A program made the translations under genes and the position numbers. Below, piece by piece: positions 1 through 14,635 of a DNA stretch of 64,000 nucleotides. The stretch spans positions 1-64,000 of the forward strand of contig NW_026853995.1 of the NCBI RefSeq assembly GCF_026571515.1, read 5' to 3'. Positions within the stretch are counted from its first letter, which is position 1. Every line of letters begins with the position of its first letter. The notes under the pieces were generated by a model. That model ran no database searches and was not told the origin of the DNA. It saw nothing but the letters and a program-made list of their open reading frames with translations. Source of the DNA: Ruditapes philippinarum (lineage: Eukaryota).

Positions 1-321
1 ATTCACCCGTAACAAAATGAAAACCTTTTTTATTTAAAGCATTATCTAAAGTGCATCTTAAAATAACAGCCGAAAATTTGTTATGCATAACTACTGACAT
101 TCATTATAAAGAATTTAAATTTCAAACAATTATAACTAAAAAGTTAAAGCTTCCCTTTTTAAAGGGAATCCAAATTAAATTGGCATCATTTTAAGGTAAA
201 AATGTAGGGGACTTTTTTTAAAATACGGGGACCAATATGGGTATATGTTTTAAAATTTTCTTGAAATGGTCTAAAAAAAAATAAAAAAAAAAAAAAATCA
301 AAGATGAAAATTTTTTTTAAA

Positions 322-3300
322 AGGGTTCAAAATACAAACAGTTCGTGGGGTGGCATGGAAATCTTAAAGTCGCAACTGTTGATAACAGTTGAGGGAAAAG
401 GTGTGGGATTCGGGTTTCCAACTTATTATGCTATAAAAATACTCCAAACAAAAAGACAAATTTTAAGGTATAAAACCCAATTTGTATATAATAATTCCCC
501 AAAATTAGCAATCGAAAAAATTAAGTTTTTTCTGTTAACGGTCCACTTAAATTTAAAATTGTAGGGAAAACAAAATAAACTTTTCCTTTTTTTTAGTTAA
601 AATTTTTACTATAAGGATATCTATTAAAGATATACCTTACAAAAAATCATTAAAATTTTTTGACAAAAAAAATTTTGCTTTTTGCCCAATTGACCGAGTG
701 AAATTTCCTTTTAAACGAATTTCTTTACGATTTCAATTTTTGCGGCACCAGAACATTTAAGATCGGGTTTCCTGGTTAAAAGGGGCCCAAAAAAGGAGTT
801 TTTTATTTTTTAAATTCTTTTTTTTATGCAGGGGTGTCTTAAATCAAACCCGTACTTCCGGGATTGACCCCCACCGGTGAGAACATAGGGGTTTTTTGCA
901 TCGCAGAAACAAAATTTTTTTTTCAAGGGGGATTCCAATAAATTTTTAATACAATTATTTTTTGTAGGTTAGATTTCAAAAGGTCCCTAACATTTTTTTA
1001 TATAACGTTCAAAAAATTTAATATTTTTTTTTTTAAAAAAAAGCTTAAAGGGGATAATTTTTGATACAAAAAAACACAAAACAAAAAAGCCCCCGGGCCA
1101 GAATTAAATATTCAAGTCCAACGTATATAATGCAGGGAACGGTAAAGCATGTAATAAAGTTGAATTTGGTTTCCTTCAACATTCTAAAAACCTTAGTGGA
1201 ATAACACATTCTTTCATAAAAGTTTGGCATGCAGAAAAGTGGAATGAAAAAAAATCATTTAAACCATAAAATATCGCATCAGGAAACCATTGGATGCAAA
1301 AAATTTATAGAATTCACCAGGACTAGTAAATGCGGCTTAAATAACAAACAACATAAGTATTTCATATCAAACACAATTTCAAATAACATGATACACATTG
1401 CTATCTTTGTATATAACTCCAATATAGCAGCGAACCGGTTTGTACATACAAAACCGACATATAAAAACGCAAATAAACAATAACGAAACAATTAAAGCAT
1501 GATAGAACACGCAACTTCTGTGCATGCATCGTAAGCAGAAACCTGGAAAAAAGGCATTTTACGCATATTTAGCTCTTCAAATAGTCCAAGTAGACTATAT
1601 AATTTGAAATGGATGTATAATTCAATTATTCTTTGTATATTAAATGATTTTTTTACGACAATTAAAAGATAATGATATTTCAGATTGGTATGAAACTTGA
1701 AATTGGACGTAAGAAGCTGAACATGTTATCTGGAATTAATAGCTTTTTTCGACATTGTCGGATTTCACAATTTCCCGCCAACAGTAACTCCCTATGCAAG
1801 TGCGACCTTGTCTAAATACCTATAAAACGGATTTTGATCAATCTTATAATAGCATAATATGAACGATTATTAAATTCGAGACCATTTCCATTGAACCCAA
1901 CCTTCTTTATTTTTGGTGTACTGGCTGGTCCTTGAAATTCAAAAAATGCTTAGGGAATTCACTATTGAAATACAAAAACAAACGAGCTACAACATTAAAT
2001 TGCCTGTTCAAACGAACGGCAATTCAAGTCAACCTGCCTGTAAAAAGTCAATCAAGGCTTAATAACAAAAATTAGCAAAGAACATTAGAGTTAACTGTAA
2101 ATTGTCCAGTGCGATGAACTCAATTAAAGTTGGAAATTCTGTAGAAAAAATCTACAAGTTGTTTATAGTCTGACAGAACGAAGTATGCAATTTAATAAAG
2201 TAGAACTTTGAAGTGATCCACTTTGAGGAGATCGTTTCCACATCGGAGACAATATTCAAATAGTGCTACACGTCCTATTAATGATGATCCCGATCGATTA
2301 GACGTTGTTAGAGCACATCCAAATCACAACAAATAATCAAAACAATAACTGGTTAACGTATTTTATTTTTAACCGTTTCCTTGACATCTGACTGATATTG
2401 GAAATTGCACCTTCTACATTTGCCAATTGAGACTTATTCTAAGGTAACTGAGTTTTGCTATGGTAGGGTTGAGACAAAGGAGATGCATAATAGTTCAGTG
2501 GTTTACCGTAAGGAAATGAAATCGGCATCCGGCGACAATCTCAACAATCTTAATTTCCTTTCACAGTGCGGAAATCTCCAATAACATACTGCCGGAGCTG
2601 GCCCTCTCAGAGTACATCGACTATTACATCACGTATCGTGATATGCAGCCACAGATAAAGAGGTATTGTAATCTGGCTGTTAATGTATTACACTGAAAGA
2701 TATTAAAATCTTCCGAAATAAGTATAGTAACGTTATTTTAAATTTACATGTTGAAAAGAACTGCTATCGACAGAAATAATTCATTTTCAATGCATACGTA
2801 GCTGTATCTAGTTAACAGTACCTAATAATTTAATCCCAGGAAAATTGTGATGATAAAGACCTAACTGGCCCATGTGACAGAACGAAAGATGCAAAACTCC
2901 ATAGTATATTTTGCAGGCCAGCGCGTGGCGAGTTGTTTGTTAACTATGCGAGAATTGTTCATTGGTGAACTGATATACGCTATCGAAGATGGAATCTACA
3001 TCGGTTGGCGTAAAGAATAAAATTTAATAATCAATATAATTAGACATATCGAACATGCATATTTTTTGCTCAACATCAATATGTAACCACGATGTAGTTC
3101 TTTTGTCGGTGACCAATTGAACTGGGAACATTTTCCGATAAATGTTACATTTGTCCCAACCCCTGATTCAAAATCTTGTAACATTAATCGTCGACACTAA
3201 TTAACTGTTATTTGGTATCCAAAAAGCTCGGCTAGATGAATCGCCCCGGTTGGATAAGACAAACGTATTGTGTGAAAATTGTTCGTTAAACAGACTAATC

Positions 3301-6300
3301 AACTCAAAAAATAACAATAAAATAATTACTTTTCTCCTGTGATACTGTTGTAAGACATTTGTTCTTAAATAAAACACTAGTTGTCTTAACATATTTAGGA
3401 TTACGAAGATATGAAGAAATGATAATATTTCATCATTGTATGTTAATATAAACAATTTCTTGATTCTCAGGTCATCAAGATAAATTATCATATTAATTCA
3501 TGACTGAGGTAAAAGAAGCTCATTTTAAAAGACATTTGCATCATGTTAAGAAGAAAAAACGTATAAACTTATGTTTTTCAGCAAATCATCGAATACGATA
3601 GATGAAAAACTTAAAACAATACTACTCTACTTGGTGGTTATCAAAACTGAATATCGAGGCGAAGTGACTTAACGTCAGTGACAGAATATAAAGTTCAATT
3701 CCATAGTTGCACTTAAAAGCCTAGTAGTGATTCAATTAATCCACAAAACCAACGTTCATAAATAAAACAGGACCCTTAAATTTTGGTCATTTAATTTAAA
3801 TTTTTAGTAATAAAATGGATAAGATAGTGATATAATAATTAAACTGCTGAGAGGAAAACAAAACACAATGCTAAATTACTTGTTAAGCAATTTAAAGCGA
3901 GAGGCTCTTAATTATGACTTCTCTTCATCAATAGATATTTACACATTTTATTTGATGAAATCTAATTTGTCTCACTATTTATCAGAACCATGCAATATAA
4001 ATGCGTCACCATAAGGAAATACAAAACAATAGCTCTGGCAACATTGTAACTTGTGACTATCCGGAATAATTGAAACCTTGGATCACTTGGAGTGTTGTGT
4101 ATAGCTAAGATACATTTTACGATAATTGGCCGCTAATTTTTGGTTAATTTAAAGTTAAATTTAGTTAAATAATATTGTTCTGATGATATACCAACATATA
4201 AGAATCATTAACTTATTAAAAGGAACGCTAAATTTTGTCCAACAATGTTTAAAGTAAGTTCAATAGGGTTGAATATGTGAAAGTCATTGTTTTTGGAAAG
4301 AAAAACACATGTTGTTTACCTCAAACGGTTAAAGAATATAATGCTGCAGGTTACTTTATTTGAGTTGTATCGTATGTAATTACACTGGTTTAAAGAAAGC
4401 TAATAACCAAAAGCCCTCTCTCTTGTAAACAAATGATAATTAAAAAAACATCAGAATGTTATGTTGATTAATATTTGAAAAAAAAAATGCAGGGAAAAGC
4501 AATGCCAAGGGACTAAAAGACGGTTCTGAAAATTGGGGAAAAGTCATCATCAAGAAAAACTACCCGTCTCCCTCCGCTCTAACTAGATGTTGTCATTTTT
4601 TCTTATAATTTATCAAAAAAAAACAAAATGTTCCTGCAGAACAAGGTTCTTTCCCAATTAGTTTTACTTACATTAAACTTTGCTTCTTTTGTACAAAAAT
4701 AAACAATAACGTATTATGCATTTTTTACTGATTAGCAGAAGTTTAGTAACAAAGTTCGATTCGAAAACGAATATGCATAAACGCAGACAGGCTGTTATTG
4801 AAATAGATTAACCACTTTTTATTTTAACCTAATATGTTTTATTCGTCAGCATTTACTTCAAAAAGAATTACATATTGTCCTATATGTGGTACGAACTTTC
4901 ATAACGTACGTCATCTATTTATGTTGACGATATAAAGCCTGGCACAAAAGTAATGTAATCATTTTTAAAATATCTTCTACTACTTTGTGTCATTTGTCTT
5001 TCGCTTATACATTTAATTTGATTGCATTATGTTTTCTTTTTTGCTTCATAAAGTGGAGACAATCATGGGTAGGTACACATGTTCGTTGGATCTATTGAAA
5101 AAATAACTAAAACATTGCGCTCTACATTAAGTAACAAATTAAGTATAATTAGAATTAATTTAAAAAGAGAGAGGAAAAATAAGAAGCATTCCGAGAAACA
5201 TGATGAAGACTGTAGAAAACTACATGAACTACCCGCCTTAGAACTAACAAACCAAATCTTAGTCTGTCATACCTGTTTTTTTTTTAAGAATTTCAAAATT
5301 GTAATTTTTTTAACTCTCATAAAGGGTTTATGCTGAAATTGAAATGTTTCATATACATTACAAGTTCGATTTGAATTATTCACATTTTAGATATATAAAT
5401 TTTTAACCTGTGAAGATCTTTTGTTTATGATGGGAACCCTACCCGATTTTAATAAAAAATTTCTCAACCTTTTAAAGGGGTGACTTTTTGGGTTTTTCTC
5501 TAAACCCATTTTCTTCCCTAAAATTTTATAAATAGGTTTTTTACAATTAATTTTTCTTATTCATTTACATTTTTGTCAATTGACAAATTTTAAAAGCGGG
5601 TTTGCTAAGAAAGGAAAAACCAGGACCCCTAGAAAATTTTAAATTTAAACGTGTGTAAACTGGGGTCGTTCCCCAATGTTCGTTTCTAGACCCCCACCAG
5701 TATTGTTGACAATTAAAAACAAAAACAAGCCCGTCCGAACAAGGGGGAAATTTAAAACCCCCAATTATACACTTTGAGTCCTACCCCAAAAATAGCCTTC
5801 GGGTTTAATTTTTAACGAAATGTTCAAAGATATTTGAATGGAACAGAAAAATGACGTTTATATATTATAGAGGCAAAAGAGCAAATTTTAAAGCAATATC
5901 GATTGATGTTTATTGAACCCCGACAAAATCAGGAGGCACATACAGAGTAATCTAACAAAACAAGTATATGTACACTGATCATGTTTCAAGCAAGCAACAG
6001 ACTATCAACGACAATAATAAAGATGCTATGCAACACTCATGAGATAAGTGTGAATGTTAAATAGTAACCTCTGTTTACAAAATGATAGTGAACTGAACGA
6101 CAACGATGATCAATCTAAATCGTGCGTTATAAACTAACAATTTTAATGACAAACATGTGACATTTAAAAAACTATCACTGGTAAAAGTGTTTCTAATTCA
6201 TTGAATGAAGAGAATGAATATATCATTACAGACATAAAAGTAAATGATATCAAAACTTCATGTGATATTCATGATAATAACTTGATCTCACCAAGAAGGA

Positions 6301-6448
6301 ATATCGGTGAAAGACAAAACAAGGAAAACAAATTCACCACGTACAAAAATGTATGCAGGATCAAACCAAAACAGATCTAGAAACTCAAAGTGAAACAAAT
6401 AGTGGATCTAAAAGAAGACGCCCTAGTTTTCAAGAGAGTCTTGTTTAA
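322..6448 (+). pseudogene. Frameshift-riddled second copy of the receptor GC 3' exons (true pseudogene or unpolished haplotype copy)
   Basis: Exon remnants at ~322-470, ~735-878, ~1683-1875, ~2467-2635, ~2917-3010, ~3582-3675, ~4492-4585, 5054-5068 and ~5570-6448, colinear with 22850-31170; many indels and homopolymer expansions; two exons missing. Confidence 0.8.
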
Positions 6449-7644
6449 AATACACAATTGGATTACAAAGACTCCATGAACACTTTAAACCAGGACATTG
6501 TCTGAATTCAAGGTGCTGTTTCACAATCTACGCATGTTGTATAATCTCTATTTTTTCATTTCATGACTAAGCAATTGGGAGAATCTTTCTGTTTTTGTTA
6601 GCGTAAGGTCTATTGCTCTTTAGGCTGTCTTGGTTTAAGGGAAACTTTATATGACGAAATGACCTACAATAAGTTAAACCTTACTACGATTTATATCTTA
6701 AATGCCCTTGTCTATTTTTAATTCGATATCGTCAAAATCATAATTTGTTTATAGAAAGAATTTCAAAACTAAGTACTTACTAAATAGTGGACATTGGATA
6801 CCATTGATACATGTAGATGACACATACATGTATGTGCCGGCTTATCTTGGTCTGCACCGGTCATACGGGTTACCATAAACAACACACACACACACAATAG
6901 AAAAACAAAAACATGATAAAAAAATTAACAAACAATTGAACGCAAAAATTCAGGAACATAATTGATTTTAACCAAATTCTAAAATTGTACTAGTGTGATC
7001 TTATATGCTCTTGTAACAGAAACACGTATCATGTAGTTTTTATTTTATTCAATTTACATTTATCGACAACATTTACTATTTCTATTGCCAATTAATGCAT
7101 TAATATGTTTTTACATGTTATAAATATTTTGTCAAAAGATGCAACATATGTTAAGATAAAATATTTCCAATTTGTCTTGGCATAATATTCATTTAAATCA
7201 TTTATATGTATTCGTTTGATAGACTTTCCTATTGTTGAATAATTTAGATATATAATGTATTAATGTTAAGTTTTTTATGTGTTAACATGTTATAATGTAT
7301 ATTAATGTCTGTCTAGTTTTGTTTTAAATTTTGGTATTATATTGTTTCCTTTTATATAGACCTTTTGAATAAAACTGTTCTATTTAAATATCTTTCTTAA
7401 TATAATAAAAACAAAATTATAATAAATTTGGCAGTGTTTTCCGTTTTTTCTAACCCGTTCCTCATTTTCTTTTCTAATGCATTTAAAGATATGTATCTTA
7501 GATAAGATGCAATTAAATTTATAGCAAAATGTAATAGAGTTCGTGTTAATATAAATTCAAAGCTACAATTCAAACTGATTAAGATTTAAGATCTTCATTT
7601 GAATTGAGAATATTTCAAGTTATATTAACATAATTATAGTTTGG

Positions 7645-7760
7645 GAGCCCGCTCGTTCATGCATGAAATAAGGCACGGAAGTACACTCCACCAGTTTGAA
7701 CGTCGCATTATGACATAAACTGTGTCGGTGTGACGAAAAAAACAATCAAACAAACACAGA
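7645..7760 (+). mobile_element. Truncated MetaSINE 3' fragment (duplicated at ~32332-32447)
   Basis: gttcatgcatgaaataaggcacgga..ctccaccag..aacgtcgc..tgtgtcggtgtgacg, then an aaac tail. Confidence 0.65.
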
Positions 7761-8909
7761 CAAATCATAGTTTTGAAATGTATACATGTTACAAGTATTC
7801 TGAATGGCCACTTAACGAAATGTACCACGCAATGCGGCTAGGCAAATTTCTTAAGCCTTCATATAATTTATCAAGTAATTTCAGTTTAGAATGCAATAGA
7901 TTTACACAAAAATGAAATTAAGCAAGAAAACAAGATTCTCTTTTTATAATATCAACACAATCTAATCATCGTTATTATAGTAAGGTAATATAATGACTGT
8001 TTATTGAAACAAGTTGTGTCCTTTATCTCTAATTTTTATTTCGACTATTTGATGTAATGATTTCTCAAAGTTGTCATTAAATTGATAACTAATGTAAGCA
8101 ACCTATTTGATTTCATTGACAGCTTGGACTAAATCAAAACCGATGTCGAAAAATAATTCCAAGAGATTTAGAATTTGAAATACGACTAAAGCATATGTAG
8201 CATAGAAATATATTTCTTCTCAAATTTGATATATTTCCAACATGTCCTTTAATCAATATATGAGGGAAGGATGCAATATATAACGCAGTACTAGAAATTA
8301 TTTCTTTGAGAATGATCTTTAATTTCCTGTCGCGTGTTAGGTGTCATCACAATATTCTGTGATTAAAGTCAGACAAATACTCAATGTGCAATTTGCAGCA
8401 AACACTATCGATGTAAAGGGTATTAGTGATATAAATTGAAAGAATATACGAGCTATCAGGGATGTTAATTGAATACAGCTTAACACGGTGCTATGCACTT
8501 TTCCTGATCTGACAAATGTCAAACTGATTATGCAATTTATTTTTCGTTGCTTTCGAGGGATCCCCGTCTTATTAGGATGTGTGTGCACGTATAAAACAAA
8601 GTTGCTGCGTTTCAAAGAAAAACTATTAAAATATCATTTTTAAACATCCCTTGGCTACTAAATGAACTGGAAAGGTGTTGTTATCGTGTATTATGGTAGT
8701 ATGATACTTAAAGCGACGAGGAAGTGGCATTATAAGATGGTTAATGAAAATTTTTAATCATAAATTAACCATACAAGAAGTTATACATGTTAGCTCTACA
8801 AGGATATATTATACATTGTCTACGCGTATATTGTAATACAAAACTGGTTGGTAGAAGATTAGAGTATGCCAATGAAATACGATCTTATATTTAGAACCGT
8901 TGTCTCCTT

Positions 8910-9580
8910 AGTATAGGGTGCAAAAAGTGTATGGACAAAACAAAATGTCTTTTCATCTGTAATTCGTTGACTTGATTAATTCCATTATAGGGACGAATGC
9001 ACCCTATGCCCGCTGGCCTAACTATAGAAGAAAACAGAACCCCTAAGTAAGCCCAACGTCTTATACGTTTGTCAAGACGGTTGCCAAAATGAAAGAAATA
9101 GCACACACTAATGCAAGATACACAGTATCGTTTGCAGCAATGTGATTTAAAAAGGAGAAAGATCTGGGCTAGACAGACTCCCTCCTTTTTTGGTGATATA
9201 TAAGCAGAAGTGGGTCACGTATAATGCGGTATGTTGTTGCTTAAACAGTATCCAAATTACAGTGCATGGTATTTTGCAAATTTCACTGATGGCGAAACAT
9301 TAGTTCATATTTATGAGCAAAAATGTAAACATCAACACAAGATTCGTGCTACAAAACTTAGTAAAAGACCATGTATCGGGAATAAAACAATCAGTATGAA
9401 GAAGATATGCCTTTGTCTTCACAACACAGGGTCCCGCCATTTATTTTGCTGTCCCTAAAGGCAAATTTGTTAATGCAAAAGTTTACAGGGCAAAAGTCCT
9501 TCGAAAACTTATCAAATAAATTTGGAAACGAAGACCCAAAACATGTTTGGCTAGTCGGATGGCAGCATGACAACGTGTCT
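8910..9580 (+). mobile_element. Paralogous copy of the mariner transposase relic
   Basis: ORF 9231 FTDGETLVHIYEQK (cf. TGDETWVH.YEP), KRPCI..T.SMKKI, QHDNVS. Confidence 0.8.
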
Positions 9581-10770
9581 ATAGTGTCTACTGAGTTTTT
9601 ATTTTATTCAGAAATATTTTTTTCAAGGTTACAAATGGAAACACGTTTAAAGGCTTTTAATAAATCATTGTTTTAATATTGAGCATATACATGTACTCCA
9701 AAATTCAACACATTGAAGTACATATTTCAACATCTACGAACAGTTAAAATTTGTACGTTTGAGTTTGGCTCATAAAGGTTCTCGGGTGGATGGTGTAATG
9801 TGGCACAGAATACTACTGCTACCTAACAGAATCAAACCTGCAAATTCCATACTAAATATAATTATGATTAAACAATAACATTATGATAACGCTTTATGAA
9901 TTTAAAAATTAAAATATTGAACTGTTACCTTTTGTAAAGTTAACTCTAAAGATTGTGTTTCAGCATTTTCACTTTATAGATTAAGGATATAAAACGAGTG
10001 TTTGCCATACTGATATTTTACAAGCCTATATTTCTTTTTAACTGATTCTATTATCATATTCTCAGATCACGCAGATATATTTATTTAGGTAGTTTTCATT
10101 CGTCTATTTCTGTTTATGTAACCCTGGCATACGCCATAAAAGTAAACATTTTAGGAGAAATATGTGTTCTTGTTTCACTATTTAAAAAAATGCATTTAAT
10201 CTTGATATAGAACAGTTACGTTTGTCCTATGATAAGTCTACAATTTATTATATTTTTGAAGTCAGTTAAAGTAATCATTTCATTGTTAATTAATATATTT
10301 TATTCTTATAGTGTCTGTACAATAAAACATTTCTAATTTATACAAATTTAACAGCGGTTAAGCTTGTGCAAATGATATGACTTAGTAGAATTAAACTTAA
10401 GCCAGTTGTCTTAATATTGTTTTTTGTTTTGTACTTAAGATAAATGAAGACAATGGCGATCCGCGTTCTTATCGATAGGGTTTGCTCTAAAATCAGTTTA
10501 AACAATGCCTGCAATTATTCCTCTTTAGGTGTGATAGCGTTTAAAATGTTTGTTTATTCCATTCCTTCGCGGTAATTACACATGGAATCAACGACCGTTT
10601 TTAGAAGCTTTCAACAAGCTGATCAAGAGCCTCTAATCACACTAGCCCCGCTTTGAAGATCAGAAGCTTTAATTAATTAATAGTTATTAATAGTTATTGT
10701 TTTTGCGTTTACAATATTACAAATTCGATATTGTAGTCATTTTGCTAATTTCAGATCCTGTATGCACTGG

Positions 10771-10978
10771 TTTGTTTGTTTCATTTTACGCCTTTTTCCA
10801 GCAGTATTTCAGTCATATAGGCGGGTAGTTTCCTAACCATTGTTCCTGGAGAGTTACACCAGTACTAGACAACCTTCCTCCGAGCTAAACTACCAAAGCA
10901 TCTCCCGGGGATCGAATCCACGCCAGAGAGGTAACTGGATAAGAAGTCATCAACTCTAACCCCTCGACCACGGAGGCG
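10771..10978 (-). mobile_element. tRNA-derived SINE, full length, with 11-bp TSD
   Basis: Minus-strand A box TGGTCGAGGGG, B box GGATTCGATCC, (AAAC)n tail; TSD gtatgcactgg at 10760-10770 and 10979-10989; absent at the paralogous site ~38832. Confidence 0.9.
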
Positions 10979-12649
10979 GTATGCACTGGCTTAGTTTAAA
11001 CAATATTTTATTTATAAACATTACATTTACATTACATTTACATAATACTTGACAAATAATAAACTGTACGGATTGGGTGGGCAGTTTGAAACCTATTTTA
11101 GAAATATGTTTGAATATATATGTCCGAACCCTCAGATTGCAATTGTTAAGTTGGTCATTGGTTTAATTAATATGTGCGGAACGTAATGAAGATAAAAGTT
11201 ATTGTAAGACCTGAGCGATAGACAAAGCGCGACAAAATAAGAGTGTCATGTAAATTTTAACAAGGTTTGATGCTATTAACTAGACGTCACTACTAATTTA
11301 TCAGATGAAAATGATACTTAAAGACTTGCATTTTTCCTTTCTTATTATTTCCTGTTGTCATGAAGACACACAAGAATAAGTTCAGATTGAGGTCAAGTAA
11401 GATTATAGTATGAAGTTTGTTATCTAAATGTACCCATGCTCATATATGTTCGAATATACAAATTATATTTAGATAAAATATATTCATTATTCAAATATTT
11501 AAACTATTATCAGTAACCCAGTATAATTTTGTTTCAATAAAAGTGAACAACTTAAAGCAACAAGGAAATAACATGTTTCACACAATTCATTTATAATTTA
11601 TTTCCTAGATTCTAGATATTTGTTTAGTATGCTCATTTCCCAAGTTTAAAAAACTTTTTATAAGGCATTTTGGCTTACAACTTTAACACTTTGCTTTATT
11701 CTATTAAACAGACTTTAAATTTATCATCTGTTTCTACAGTACTGTGTTCATTTTTCTCATTGCACAGGGAATATTCTGTTTTCCAGCAGCTTAAATAAGG
11801 TTAACATGATTTGAAACGGTCTGCCTTACTTTGGAGCCGTACAACAAGCTATTCAACAGGTATGTTTTTATCAACACAACACGCTGAATTTATAAAGCGT
11901 GTCATTTCTTTTTGTGTACATGTAAATATGTATTTCAACCCTTCTTTAGATAGTATAGCTTTATTGATTGGTTATTATGAACACATCAAAAAAATGTTTC
12001 TATCTAGCTGAATCAAATATGGGTAGTAAATATGATCAAAAAAGATTTTATGTTATTAGTAGAATAACCAACGTTTAACTCAAAATGTCTTTCATTCACA
12101 CATCTGCTTCGAAACATTTTATAGAATTTTGATAATTTATTTACGTAAATGTAAAGAGTTAAGTCACTTCATGTACATTTTCGTTTTATCTTATCGAGCA
12201 ATCTACTTCATGCTTCCCCTTTGTCAAACACTCTTCTTGAGTTTGATGGTATAGTTTTTTCCAATATTCTTTTAACGTATAATGAAAAAACGTGTCACGT
12301 TTATTGATAAAATTATCTTAAGCTTAATATCGAACTACAAAATAAATGACATCTAATCTGTATTCAGACAATAAAAGGACATGACGAAAAAATGCACATC
12401 TTCGATATTTGCGTTGTTCCATGGCTGCGGTTAAGTTGCTAACTAAAACTAGGTTACATGTTATATGTTATCAGTAAGGAATGATAATGAATAAAAGACA
12501 AAAGGAGCTTTCGAGTATTTTGCTTTACTTCAGGTGCGTTCTGAAAGACGAAACGCATTTAATTTACCCTGGGCATTAGGAATCCTGTTTGTGTATACGT
12601 TACTGTGGATATCTCACTTATCGACATATCGCTAAATACAGCGTCTCGC

Positions 12650-12865
12650 ACCGCCTCCGCGGTCGAGGGTTTAGTGTCGATTACTTCTAATCCAGTTACC
12701 TCTCTGGCGTGGGTTCGATCCCCGGGGGATGTTTTGGTAGTTTAGGCGGAGGAAGGTGGTCTAGTACTGGTGTAACTCTTCAGAAACGATGGTTAGGAAA
12801 CTACCCGCCTATATGACTGAAATACTTTTGGGAAAAGGCGTAAAATGATACAAACAAACAAACAA
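12650..12865 (+). mobile_element. tRNA-derived SINE of the same family, with 12-bp TSD
   Basis: B box GGTTCGATCCC, (CAAA)n tail; TSD acagcgtctYgc at 12638-12649 and 12866-12877; empty site with one target copy at 42091-42102. Confidence 0.92.
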
Positions 12866-14635
12866 ACAGCGTCTTGCTTTACTCCAATGAATACACTCAT
12901 TTCATTCACAGTACTGCTGCAAATTCATTTCAAGTATTATTATGATAATTTATTTCCGTAACAGTAAAGTATGTGTTGCAATTTCAATATTCATTATATT
13001 ATATGATCTGTTTATTCTTGCCTGTCCTTCAAGTTTATTTGATAACTCAAAATAAAAATGTAATGACTGTAAGCGTAATTCACATTTTCGAAGATTTTCT
13101 TTGTCGTATTCATCAAGCTGTTATTATGTTTTCCCCTTACCAAACACAATTTCTGTGTTTGTTGTGTATTTTTAGTATTTTATCCTAAATTGACAAGGAG
13201 TTTTAGAAAATAATTTAAAGTTTAATAACGAACACGACAAAACTGACACCCAATCTGTAAATATCTTTTATATTAAAAGGACGAAAGATAATCAGGACAA
13301 GAAAGGGCATTCACGTGTTTTTTTTTTACTGAAGTTGTGTTTAAAAAGTCACCATGTCTCATATTTTAACAGTTCGCTCAACGGATTTGATAGATGTATA
13401 TACATGTATTAGTTTTTAATATATTGGCTAATCCTTGCAACTATTCTTGTACAGAAAACCTAGTGTTCAAGATAAAGACAGCGTTCGTGATGTGAAAACA
13501 GATTGCTTTGAAAGGAAAAAAAACACAATATGAATATCAACGGTTTAGACACTCTTTTCCAAACAAAGTTGTGTGAGATATTTTTAGCGAAAGGTATTCT
13601 TATGGACATGCGACCTGATCGATAATGTCCTTAATAAACTTGTCATCTAAAATAAGATTATTTAAAATTGACAAAACAGTGTATGTGGAATGGCAGCAGA
13701 TGATTGTTTGGTTTATCTGATTCTCGCGCAGTTATTGTAAAGGAAGTATGCAATTAATTATCTGATAGGATAATAACGACCACTTGTACAAGCTTTTATC
13801 AAGCCGATCAAATGCTTATTATCACACTGGCTCAGCTTTGAAGATAAGAACATATTAGAAGCCTTATTTAATCTATTAAGTAACAGAGAATTGTTGTACC
13901 AATAAAACAACGTTATTTTTCTAATTTAGCTTTGTTATGCATTATCGGAAGTCCATTTAGGTTTAATTAAATTTTAAAAGATATGCTCCGAGAGAAGTAA
14001 AACAAAAAAATCGTTATCTAGAACATCGATTTTTCCTTTTAATCAAAATGTCTTGCCTCAAATATTCATTTTTGTACAATACAATGTCCTATCAGTCTGA
14101 AACAGATTTTTTTATTTACTTTTAAGTATTTCTTTTCAGGACCTTCTATCAATATTTATGGTTACCTTTTATCTACTGATTATTTTGATCATAATTATCG
14201 CCCTTTTTTCATTTAAAGCATTTAAATTATTTCTTTAGATTAAAGACTAAACACATTTGCAATATGTATGTCAGCAATCAGCAAAATATGTAATGTGTCA
14301 GCAATTAAACAAGTTATTGAAATTAAATTACTGTACAGAGAAAACAACAAAAAATTATAAATGCAAGAACAATGTCAAATAATAAATATTTTTTAACAAA
14401 ATGGATATTTTAATAGGCGTTGTATTGAAATAATTTAAAGGATGAGGACGGAATTTCATTTTTTTGTCACTCTGTTTGAATACGGAATAAACAAACATAT
14501 CAAACGATTACATTCGGCAAAACTTATCCAAAATATGACTAATGTTAAAATAACTAAAAAAGAAATCCCGTCTTGCGGAAGAACGTTTTAGAAATTGCAA
14601 CACAATAAATTAACTATTGGTTTGTTCACGTTTAA

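Noticed and set aside
304-1491. Short ORFs in the first 1.5 kb as novel genes
   Set aside because: Frameshifted, homopolymer-inflated versions of GC exons and introns found at 22.5-24.1 kb.
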